Assembly (NCBI GenBank): GCA_002189035.1
Contig: NEEC01000012.1
Location: forward strand, 124,001-188,000
Source of the DNA: Utricularia gibba
Lineage: Eukaryota; Plantae; Magnoliophyta
Reading direction: 5' to 3'
Length of the DNA: 64,000 nt
Made by a program: the position numbers and the translations under genes. Shown piece after piece: positions 26,921 to 40,299 of this stretch (its first letter is position 1; each line of letters opens with the position of its first letter). The notes beneath the pieces were generated by a model. That model was not told the origin of the DNA. It ran no database searches and saw only the letters and a program-made list of their open reading frames with translations.

Positions 26921-28794
26921 ATGAAGCCAGAAATCCTGACGCTGGTGCTGGTAAATGTGGCCGGGATAATGGAGAGAGCAGACGAGTCGTTACTACCGGC
27001 GGTGTACAAAGAGGTGGGCGAGGCGCTGCACTCTGATCCAACGGGCTTGGGCTCGTTAACTCTTTTCCGATCGATTGTGCAGGCTATGTGCTACCCGTTA
27101 GCTGCATACTTAGCGTCCCGGCATGACCGCGCTCTCGTCATTGCTTATGGTGCTTTTCTGTGGTCTTCTGCGACTTTTCTTGTCGCCGTTTCTTCCACAT
27201 TCTCCCAGGTTAGCAGTTACCTTATTGTCTGAATCTGTTGTGTGATAACAAGAATACTACCAGATTTGATCAAGTGGCCTACTCCATATATAGATGTATG
27301 ACACACGCTTTTCCCGATTAATTGGAGTAGAAATCGTATCATAATTGCCAAGTTTTGAGTACCAGATTGTTTCAGTTTTAGGTTATTTTGGAGAACTCAG
27401 GTGACCTCTCTCTGGGGCGTTGTAGGTAGCTATATCAAGAGCTTTGAATGGAATAGGCCTTGCCATTGTTACACCTGCAATTCAGTCTCTAGTTGCGGAT
27501 TCAACAGATGACAGCAGCCGTGGCATGGCTTTTGGATGGCTACAGCTTACAAGCAATCTTGGCTCAGTTTTGGGTGGACTCTTATCCTTGTCATTAGCTC
27601 CACATACTTTTAATGGGATCCCTGGCTGGAGAGTTTCCTTTTATCTAGTCGGCATTGTGAGTGTTGCTGTTGGTGTCCTTGTTCGCCTATTTGCGAATGA
27701 CCCCCGGTTTCCTCAAGGGGCTGCGGCGGATAGTAATGAAGCAGCCTGCAGTGGATCGTTCCACTCCCAAGTGGAAGAGCTCATCGAGGAAGCAAAGTCA
27801 GTGATGAGCATCCCTTCTTTTCAAATAATCGTTGCTCAAGGTGTTACCGGCTCATTTCCCTGGTCAGCTTTGTCCTTTGCTCCAATGTGGTTGGAGTTGA
27901 CAGGTTTCTCTCATAGTCAGACTGCCTTCCTCATAGTCATGTTTGTGGTTGCTAATTCGCTCGGAGGTCTATTTGGAGGTAAGATGGGTGATTTCCTATC
28001 AGAGAGACTTCCAAATACTGGTCGGATTATCCTGTCACAAATAAGTTCGGTGTCTGCGATTCCTCTTGCTGCTATTTTGCTGCTAGTAGTGCCAAACAAT
28101 CCTTACACTCCATTCCTGCACGGCTCGGTTCTTTTTGTAACAGGTTTTTTCATATCTTGGAATGCTTCAGCCACTAACAAGTAAGAATTTTCCTGAATTT
28201 GATTCATCTATCTTTCCCATTTACTTACATTTGAGAATCCTTAACTAATCTAGTGTGCATAAAAGTCCTATTTTTGCAGAGATAGTTGCTGAGAAATCTC
28301 GAACAAGTGTATATGCATTAGACCGATCATTCGAGTCAGTTTTATCATCGTTTGCTCCTCCAACTGTCGGACTGCTGGCTCAATATGTCTTCGGATATAA
28401 GCCAGCTGATGGGGATGTCTCAGAGAAGATTTCTATAGACAGAGTCAACTCTGCTGCACTGGCCAAGGCTCTGTTTGTAGCAATAGCAATCCCAATGGTG
28501 TTGTGTGTCATCATGTATTCCTTCCTTTATTTCACGTATCCCAGAGACCGAGACCGGGCTCGTAGAGAAGTCGTCGTTGAGTCAGAGATGCAGCACGCAG
28601 GAGGGTCCCCTTCCGAGACAACGGGATCTGAAGAGCAATATGCTGAAACAAAAGAAGTTGTTGCAGATGAAAGATCTGTCATTGAGATGCCTTTTGAGGG
28701 TGATGAATCTGATTCCGACGAAACAGATGAAAGGACTTTAATCCATCGCCAGGTATCATTTCCCTCCCCCAACTACAAGAACAAAAGATCTTAG
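26921..28794 (+). CDS. Major facilitator superfamily transporter (spinster-like plant clade); exons 26921-27208, 27426-28180, 28266-28794
   Basis: TLVLVNVAGIMERADESLLPAVYKEVG, VAQGVTGSFPWSAL, WNASATNNPIFAEIV and YALDRSFES, with multiple hydrophobic helices. Phases are consistent. Confidence 0.92.
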
Positions 28795-29284
28795 TCCAAG
28801 TAGATGTCCCAATAGGTTTATTCTGCTCTTTGGGGATTGTTCCGTAACAGAATTTTTCGAGGTCTGTATGTAGATTTTATCATGTATACCGCTAATAGAA
28901 AATTCTTTACACTGGGGAGAACCTTTTTTCCACGAGTAATGGGGTGTATCCTTTCTAGTCACCGCACCTGTGTTCTTATGGAGCAGCATTGTGTGTGCGC
29001 TTCCGACTGCTGTTTGCGATTTCCCAGTGAATGAATGAAGAATATTCGTTCACGGTTTGGTGGTTAACATAGGGGAGAGGAGAGGAGGGGAGGGTGATGC
29101 TAGATTGCAGGATTAGTAGATAACAGACAAGAAGATTGAAGAATAGTTGTGTGTGTTCACTACTGTACTAATCATCTGAAATGCATCTGAAATGCTCAGT
29201 AATTGTTTGAAAACCAATTGGTCATTTACTGAGCAGCAAGTGTGCAGCTGCTGCATCAGAAAAGGGACGCCAAAACTTTTGATC

Positions 29285-32200
29285 CTAAACTTTCAGTTTG
29301 GCTGCTAGAGAAGCGGACGCAGACGAAGCCTCCGCTATTAAGGAGACGGGTTGACGAGCCTGGAGGCATGCACCGATTTCGAAAGGTCGAAGCTCGGAAC
29401 CATCAAACAGAAGATTAACTCCTGGGAGAATCACTTCCTTGCTCTCACCATCCTCCGGCTCACCTTTGGCCGCACCAGCCGTCTCTCTTGCTGCTGCTTC
29501 ATAGTCCGGTGTCAAAGAATATGATCTGCAAATCCCACAACGAATTACGAAGAAAAATAAGCAGACAGCATGGAACGTAGCGAGAGATCAATGAAAGTAA
29601 TCTGCAAGTACAACACAATAGTGGATATAGATCGTGAAGGCATACCTCAGGATGTTTCCATCAAAGCTCAGAATTTCAGTCCGATACCGTTGTCTGTTGG
29701 CAAGTTTTAGCCTTTGGTTGTCGCTGGAGGCCCCCGATATGGGAGACGAAGGATCAGTTAGAGGGTTCCATTTGCCGCTTGCGTATGTCATTAGTCTTCG
29801 AGACGAATCCTTCTCCCTTTGCAGTTCTTTCTGGTAGAGAAGCCTCGCGGTGGGACCTGTGGCTTGATACTCTGCACAAACATCACGTAACCTGCTTCTC
29901 AAGTCTTGCATGGCTTCATGATACTCATTAACAAAATCTGTTTGCAGTAGCTGCGATGAAACCACTCTTTCGCATATGCTTTTGCATAACCTGGGACTGA
30001 AAAGCGGAACCCCAAACTCCACACTTAGAGGAACCCATTCGTAGTCCTCGTCATCGACAAAAAAGTTCGCTGGTTCTCTCTCTTTGTACAACCTTAATAC
30101 ACGAATATAGCCAACATTGCATAGATTTAGTTTGCTTGAAATGGCCTGCAAAAGCATGTTTAACTTAGAGGTTTCAACATCACATAGTCCAAGTTCTGTT
30201 CCAACAGAAACTACTGATCCATCACTGCTCTTCAGGGGCAATGCGAAATCCAGAGTCACAATTTTCCCATTATCAAGGTCATGCTTGCTTAGAGGCTGAA
30301 CCAGCACTGCGGAGTACCTGAGAAGAGAATTCAAGCAGTGCAATAGAATGCTTCCTTTAACTAAATTCCCTTCAAACTTTCCTCCTAAGCCCCCGACATG
30401 AGATCCATCCCATGACCATATTAGGGCTTTTTCACAACCAGCTAAAGGTGCAGGAAGCATTCTTAAGCACTGACCTTTCATTAGAACAACAGAAAGGGGT
30501 CCGCTGGACAAAACAGAGTATAAAACGAGCTTCATCCATGGAGTCATAGACGAATTTGATGGAGGACCAAAGTGAATCGGGCCCTTTGATCCAGGAAAAA
30601 CAGAAGGTGGAAGTGGAACCATGGACACGAGTATGTCATAGTCACGGTGAAATAAACGATCCAAGGTTGCTGGTGCAAGAGAAGCCAAGCTTTCACAGCG
30701 AAGAATATCCACCCTGTACTTTCTTGCTTTCCGTATTTCTTTTCCAGCATCAGAGATTTGGACCAAATTGGGTAGTTCATCATTCTCTGATTTAAGACTA
30801 GGATCCAGTGAGTGCCCATCTTGTGTTTGGTTTGAGTCCTGAATAGCAGTTGGCAGGTTTCCATCAAGAGTAGGAGGACCAGTCGAGTCAACTTCAGAAT
30901 TTAGTTGCTCTAGATCCTCGCGGACAAGGCTGCCTTTACCCCCAGAGTGGAGAGGCTTGTCCCCATGACAATCATTAGACTCCATGGAATAAACATCCTT
31001 GTTCATTGGTGTTAACACAAAATTTTCAACTTCGTTACTGGCAATACCTCCAGAGCTTAGGCACTCAAGGATGCATCGAAGACTGAAAGCATGGTTAGCG
31101 AACTCCTGTAACTCCCCTTCAAATTTGGCCCCCTCAAGAGAAGCAAGATCTCTGCAAAGATCCGCAATGCTTGCATTGCCTAATTTTCCAGCTTCATAAA
31201 GTGTAATAGCATGGGATTTCAGACCTGAATAAAAAATAAAAATAAAATCATACCACAAAAAACATGTTTCACGAAGGGGTACTAGAAAGGCAATTCATGA
31301 TGGAAGAGTTCAGGCTATGGTGAATGAATCATCCACCGGACGCAAGTTAGGTGTACATAGCTAAAACAACAACGATAAAAACAGTGAAATTTCCCTTCAA
31401 TACTTGGAATCCTATGGCTTCTTCAAATTGACAATATCAAAAATTGGGGTGGATTGAAACTTCTATAGAAGAGACAGTCGAGATTTCAGGGGCATCAAAC
31501 AATGGACGAGAGCATGGGACGTACCTGGTGAAACAGATCCCATCATAAGATATGACGTAATATTAGCATCAACAATGAATGCTACACGCGAATAATCAAA
31601 GGCAGCAGGACTAGGATTATCAGTCCATAGTGCATCTCCCACAGCAGCTTCTTCATCACCAATCACGTTTTTAGAAAACCCAGGAACATTTGACTCTTGA
31701 AGTACAGATGCAGGATCAATAAGCTTTACAGCCCATCCCAGTCGGCAAGCAAAAGATGCAGCAGCCTGTAGTTGTGACAGATCAGATTGTAGGGTAGATG
31801 CTAATTCTGCAACTGTTGAGGTTTCGCTTGACACCACAAATACGGCATACAGCAACCTATTTTGTGATCAAAGTACTCGAATCATAAATGATCAGCTTGT
31901 AATCCAGAAGATGCAACGGTTAAGTTCCTTACTCCTCTATAGGGTCTTCATATTGCTGCTCCCTATTCGACACAAATCCTTCTAGCCTTGAAACTGGAAA
32001 TTACAAATCACAATAAGATTGTATGTTATCTGCAACCTAAGCAAAACAAAAACAAAATCGAGATTTTGTGTCAAACTTAGTAGTAAGAGCTTATGAAGCT
32101 CTACATATATCTTCACAGAGAGTTCTACGACCATTAATGTAAGCATGCTATGTGCATTTTTATATACAAAATTTTTTTCAACCATCTTTTAGTGGATTAA

Positions 32201-34392
32201 TGACAATCAATCGAAATCAAGCATCATGCAGCAATAGAGAGTAATGACAAGAAAAAAATGTAAAGGGTAAACGAAGTCTAGACACCTTATAACTACTTGT
32301 AGTGAATGAGGTATCACTTTTATGAAAACCTAGGTTCAAACCATGTACAGAACCAAGACAAGATGATTAGTACTCGAAGATTGGGGATATGCAAATAACA
32401 AGATGATCGCAGTTTCTCCGGATTGGTACTCCAAATTAAGGTTGAAAAAATGAAAGATGAAGAGACACTTTGAAAAATGAATGATGTAGAGATACTTTGA
32501 ACTAGATATCTTTTACCACTCTTTTTGGAGAAGAAAAGTGAGAACTTCGGTGGGTTATTTCAGATTTAAAGAAACATTAATTACCTTTAAAACGATCATC
32601 AGGGTAAACAGGAACATCGAAGTACACAAGTCCTCGGTTGTATAGGCCTTTAATGATCTCAGGGTCAAAAAGAAAGAATGAATTCGCCTCTTCTTTACAC
32701 ATTTTGTCAATGGTTGCCATTTCCTCTTCTGTGAGTTTCTATTCAAATGATAGCAGTGATTACTCCACGAAGAATTTCCACAGGAATAGCTGAAAGCATC
32801 ACTGACCTTGAATTCTTCTAAAGTGAAGTTGACAAGACAAACTCCCCACCAGGGCTCAATCACAAATTCCACAGGTTCCAGCGGAAGGAGCTCTTTTGCT
32901 ATAGATTTGTTCAGCTTCCACATTATTTTCTTTAGGCTCCAATGAACTCAAGATTAGCAAGCTTGCATAGGGGTAAATTCACGGCACATCGTCATAAGGA
33001 AAACGTAAACCATATAAGGCCTTACCTTAGATCTGCATTTGATCATGAGGTCAATAAACTCATTTCTCCCTATCCCTGTGAGCCGAAGAGCATCTGCTGC
33101 ACTGAAATTAGGGATGCTGTCATACGGTTGCTCTACAAAACACATTGCTCATGTCATCATCTTTATCAAGAATGCTGAATAACAAGAGAAGTATTCAGTA
33201 GATAAGTTTGCACAAGAAACTGCTTAATAATAGATATATATATATAGATAAAATCAAGTGCAAGTTTATTCATACTGCATCTGAGCCTGAGTGCAATAGA
33301 GCTAAACCTAAGAATAGCTAATTTCCGTTTTAGACTGGGAAGATCATTCAATAATCTTCATACCATTCTTCATAACTTCAAAAATAATGTCGCAGTAATA
33401 CTTGAAGGGAGAAATCCTCATAACACGGCAAATATATTCTGCAAGGTGATACGGGAACAGCTGCAGGTATAATGCAGGTTAATCATAATATAGGAGCATA
33501 AAACCCAAAGTGCTTATGAAAAGCTAACATTTTCATGCATTCGGAGTGCAAGTAAAGGAGATGTGGCTCAGCACATTCTCCCACCAGTAAATGTAGCACC
33601 ATGACTCTTTACTTAATCCCATCTCTTAACTAATAGTTAAAGCATGGTCGTCTTAGCATGATCTAGACATCTAACGCTGACTAGATTTCAACTACAGTGA
33701 TTTTTCCTCCATATTATACCAGCCCAGTTGTTTGAGCTAATACTAATCAATTTCAGTCTGCTTAAAATGAGAAAAGTTATCTGCTCTGTATCCCCCATTG
33801 ACTCCGCAAGTATGAACTTCAACATTATGCTCCTTAATTTACACTTCTTCCCACTGTTCACATTCAATATCTCAGAAGCGATACTCCAAAATCTATGTGA
33901 GTCAATAGCTTACCGTTGGCACTATCAAGATTACTCAGAACTATTTTAAATATGCACAATGCCGTTAAAACAAACACACACACAATAGGATAAAGTATTC
34001 GGCGCACCGCTAAATTCTTCCGCAGATACCGCATCATTTCCTCATAGTATTCGCCTTCTTTGCACACTTTATGAGCAAAACTAGCCCTCCACATCAGCCT
34101 TTTCTTTATACAATGCTCAACTATCCTACACGGACAAATAAAACCGAGATAAAATATCCAAGGTCATTTAACACTTTAATCTAATGACCCCTAGTTTAGA
34201 ACAACACACAATAACTAAAAACATCCACCGACACGGAAAATAAAGGGGACTAGGAGAACTCAACCTTCGATGCCATTCTTCCTTGGAACTCAAGAAAGAC
34301 TGAAGGCGCTTCGGAAGGTTTTCCCACGCACATTCTTCCCCAATCGCTTTAATTATCAACTGCTCCTCAATCGTTGCCGGTGTACGCTGCAT
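29285..34392 (-). CDS. FAM91A1: FAM91A1-like protein, 10 exons
   Basis: [81 protein letters not shown] and [26 protein letters not shown]. All exon junctions checked by eye are in frame. Confidence 0.92.
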
Positions 34393-36199
34393 TTTTTTTT
34401 TATTTTCCCCGCGCGAAAGGACGACGCGATTGGAGTCAACGAACCAACTAGAGCATGATCCGAGTGAAAACGAGGAGCATCTAGGAGTCAGATCACCAAA
34501 CACCGGTGGTGAATGATTTCGGAAGCCGGATCAGGCCGGCGATGGGGATTCGGTAACGGCACAATCCTCCGGATCGCGAATTGAGCATCTGAGCCAACTG
34601 GCGGAGTGCTTAAATGAATTAAATGGCTGCGTTCTACCCATTTCGTTCTCCAACGTTCAGAATTCAGCTCCACGTATTGTAGTATTTATACTAGTCAACA
34701 ACCTTAGAATTTAGTATTATTTTATGTTACAGGGTTTTTATATTATTCGTAACATTCAATGATAAACTGTATGAAAAAAAACATTAAACCTGGTAATATG
34801 ATTTAGGTTGAAATCATCGTTGACCTAAATAAATTAAGTAAAATAATATGGCATCGTTTGGAAAAATTACTTCAAAATTGATTTTAACAAAATTAAAAAT
34901 TTTGATAAAATGAAAATTAATATACATCTAAAATTATTTTTTAAAAATAATAATTATAAAATTGATTAATTTTTAAAATGAAAAATAATAATTTTTTATT
35001 GTTATAATTAAATAACATATTTATTAATACTCATATTTTATCAATTCATTTAAATAAAATATATTATATAATATTAATATTTATCCAATTCTTAATTAAT
35101 CATTGCTATCAACTCAAAAAATCATTGTATTTGTTCGAAAAATGACCCATTGAGGAGAAAGAAAAAAAATTCTTACTTTAATCATTAATATTAATGCTTA
35201 TTGTGTTACTGATGAAAATTTGTACTCTACGCCATATAAGTACAATGAAATTTGATTTAAAAAAATATAAATTAGTATTTACTTTAAAATGATATTAATT
35301 ATAATTTTATATTAATAAATATGTATAAAAATAAATTCATTTTTTAAAATCAATTATTAATAAGAAATTATGTATGAAAAGCTACTTCTTAAAGAATTGA
35401 AATGATTCCCAAAAATCAGTTTTCATAAAAGAGAATCAAATGTATATTTGAAAGTTAGAATCATTTGTATGTGAATAAAATTGATTTTAGTAAAATAGAA
35501 TTAAATTCCAGACTTAGGTTACGAGGGTACCAATATCGGTGGAGAATTCAATGATGAAGAAAGGCTTCCTAGTTGTAGCCGATAAACGCTGAGGTGTAGT
35601 TTTTGTTTAATAAAAAAATATGAATACAGTGATAAGGTTTTGAAATAATACAAAATGAATTCGAATATTGATTGCGCTTCTCTCCCACACAAAAACACGT
35701 ACAGCCCACAGTAACTACATCTCCAAGGATGCTTGCTCCAATGTTACTCTACAAAATATCTTTTATTTTTATGGAAAAAAAATAATATCCGATTAATGGA
35801 ATTACATTTTTATTTATGAATTTCAATATTTTCAGACGAATGATTAATATTTTATTATAAAAAAGGACACGCAATCTACTGAAATTGAATAAAATGAATA
35901 AAAAATTTAACAATTGATCTTTTTGAAGGCGGGCCGGGCCAGAACCAAGGTAAAAAGCAAGGCGTTGGGATAACGTAGCTTGACTTTCCTCAATAGGTAG
36001 CTAATGGAGCGAGTATGAAAACTTTGACTTCAATCAAACTACGGCGCCGCCGCTGCCCTCGCCATCTGAATTTTCTTCCCTCCAGTATATTAGAATAAGG
36101 TACGCTGTTCTCGCCTCCATTGAATCCGATCATCATTACGACGGCGAAGCTGGTTGTGAAGAGTCGAGGTTTTCGTTTCGTCTGGAAATTCTTCTGCCT

Positions 36200-36619
36200 A
36201 TGGATTGTAAGATGGATGAAATTGGGGAACTTAGGATGAGGAAGCAGCCTCCGCATCTGTGTTGCAGTGGATATGACAACGGAAATGGTGATGATGCAGG
36301 AGACTTTGAGTGTAACATCTGCTTGGATTTGGCTCACGATCCCGTCGTCACACTCTGCGGCCATCTGTTTTGCTGGCCATGCCTTTACGAATGGCTTCAT
36401 TTCTACTCTCCATGCCTCCAATGCCCTGTTTGCAAGTCTGCTGTCGACGAGGAGAGGCTGGTTCCGCTGTACGGCCGTGGGAAGAAATCTGCCGACCCTC
36501 GCTCGAAATTGGTTCCTCATCGGCCGGTCGGGCACCGGCAAGAGACGGCCAACCTGTTACGTTATGGGAATGCCGGCAGTTACCAGCAGCCGGGACAGGG
36601 TATGGAATTTGAGATTTGA
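36200..36619 (+). CDS. C3HC4 RING E3 ligase (RNF5/RNF185/RMA-like), C-terminally truncated
   Basis: [31 protein letters not shown]...CPVCK...RLVPLYGRG. The usual C-terminal membrane anchor is not in this frame. Confidence 0.85.
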   Translation: MDCKMDEIGELRMRKQPPHLCCSGYDNGNGDDAGDFECNICLDLAHDPVVTLCGHLFCWPCLYEWLHFYSPCLQCPVCKSAVDEERLVPLYGRGKKSADPRSKLVPHRPVGHRQETANLLRYGNAGSYQQPGQGMEFEI

Positions 36620-37025
36620 AGAGTGGAGAGCGCCCGCAGCTACGAGGTTCCAAGCAAGAGAGCATCTCATTTCAATGGCCTGTGTAGGTTTACTACACCT
36701 AACATAGAATACAGTGGTACTTTGTATCAATTTCATCTTTGTTCTTCATTTAGTCAAATGTAAACAAGCAATGGATTGCCATTTAGTCAGTCTTCAATTT
36801 GTACACAAATAAAGCTATGGAGAGAGACACCAGAGACAGTAAAACATTGAAGTCAAAACCTTACCAACATCAATGCAAATAAATTGTTCATAGCATGACT
36901 ACACTAAAGGCATGTCCTTTGAAGCATCCTCAACAAAATGGAATGGCGAAATAAGGCGTGACTGTTAAATAGATGTATTCCCAGTGAATGCCGCAATACT
37001 GCTTGGACCATTGGAAATTGCCTTA

Positions 37026-38108
<1,083 letters not shown>

Positions 38109-38218
38109 GGTTATCAGGTACAAATATCCGGCGCGGCTGCTAACAATGGACAAACGGCGAGTGAGGAAGCCCTAGTGTTGCTGAGAATGAAGAAGATAAT
38201 TATTTCCTAGGCGGAATA

Positions 38219-38295
38219 ATGGGCTCCCGAGGAAAAGGGTGAGCTAGGTGAGGAAATGCAATAATGGGCTTATAAGTGTATCAGCCCAGCCCATA
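38219..38295 (-). promoter_or_regulatory. Site II (TGGGCY) elements in the RPS11 promoter
   Basis: TGGGCT at ~38220 and ~38265, and AGCCCAGCCCA at ~38283. Site II elements are a known feature of plant ribosomal-protein promoters. Confidence 0.6.
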
Positions 38296-40299
38296 CTCTC
38301 TTTTAAAACAGGCCTAACATGGACTTTGGAATATTGAAATTGATTTATCTGTTTGTAAATTTGTAGTACAAATTTCAGATTGCAACTATTGTTGGCCTAG
38401 ATAATATAATTGATATATGATATCATTTCATTAGACATATTTTCATATATGATATAGTATAAATTTGGAATATCAAAACTTCATATGTTTTTTTTCTACA
38501 AAGCCTATAGTATATATGATTTAGGCCAACAAAAGAGTAAAATGAGATAAAAACATCATGACAACATAAAATGATGAAGATGGATGAAAGGTAGAAAATG
38601 AGTTTAGAGGAAATTATTATCAAACAATTGAATTCATTTTTTTAAAACTCAGATCCGGATTTGATATATAAGCATAACTTTATGTTATTTCAAAGGTTCA
38701 CAATTAAAAAAAGAAGAATATTATTACTTATTAGACTTTTTATTTGAATGTAATATGAGGTTCATCAATGTAAATAATATATTAGATATTAATGAGGAGT
38801 TATGAAACAAATTAAAATACATTAGTATTTTTGTCAATCAAATTCACTTGTGATGCAATGATGTTTATGTTTTAACATTCTTCAAAAATTCATGATTTGA
38901 GACGCAAAATATAGCCCTATTACTATAATTAGATATAAATCTTTTGAAAGCATAAAATCATAGAAAGTCTTCAATAACTTATATGAATAATGTAGAAAAG
39001 AAAAGAAATTGAGGGTGATAGGAGTTGGAAAAAAAATGGTATTAGAGAAGCGATGATCTCATATTATTAATTAAAATGGTTTTTAACTTGTTGATATAGT
39101 ATACTAACTCATTAACCTTGATAATCTTGAAAATGAGTTGGACCTCATGTGTATGTAAAATCTAATTTATTAGATCGATTTAAGTTTTTGAAGGACTCTC
39201 AAAAACCATGTTATGTACTTGAGGTTTTGACTATTTCTTGTTCTTGGTGTTCGATTCACAACAATACATAAGTTGTACTTTGTGATTGTGTTTTGGATGA
39301 TATGATGACTTTCTCGAATATCCCTTGTTTGATGTTCACACCAATAAGCATTTTTTGTTGACTTATAATAACATATTAATGAAAAGTATGATTACTACAA
39401 GTATCATGTTTCATTTCAAATACAAGATTGACTTCATCATATTTCCTTCACTCTTTAAATATTGCAATTACCCATTTAATTTCTTGACAACTCTCCATCA
39501 TAGTGAAATAACTCCAAATGGTCAATTGTAATATTTGGGCCTCAATTTTACATGGATCTCATGTGTAAGGTGCAAGCACCGTAAGGTATCAATTATGCTG
39601 CAAATTCCAAAATTTTTACCCACAAACTTTCAATTGTATGTGGCTATACTCTATTAGTTACAAATATCACAAATACTCAATTTTGATACTTGCAAATTAC
39701 TTTATGAGGTTATAATCCATTATCAACAAGCATAACAAATGTTCAATTATATTACTTACAATTATATTCATGAGATTATAATACATTATCCATAAGTACA
39801 AATATCTTAATTGTTACTTTATATAATTTATTTGATAATTTGGAAAATTATTTCAATGATTTTCAAAATTAACACAATTATCTTAATTGTAATGATTATA
39901 ATAGTGATTCACAGTGTGCTTAGAGTATTTACAAATCTAACAGATTACACTTATGCATCAACCTCTTTTCCCTATGCTTAGAATTCTTCTTTATAAGAAT
40001 AATTAGATGGTTGATCTTGATCATAATTAAACTCAAATTTTATGAGTTCTGTTGAAGTAAATTAAATGATTGAGAATAATTTTCATAATTGAAATTTCCA
40101 CTTCAATTATCTTGAGAATAATTTCCATATTGTGGTCTATAATTTAATTAAATCACCATGATCATTACAATTAAAACAACCTATTGATGGCCCATAATCA
40201 ACAAGAAAACCTATAGTTAAAACTGAATTTTCTTGTTTAAATTATTTTTGGAATTCATAACATTGCTTGATTGCCAAAAATATATGCAAAAGGCTTCGA

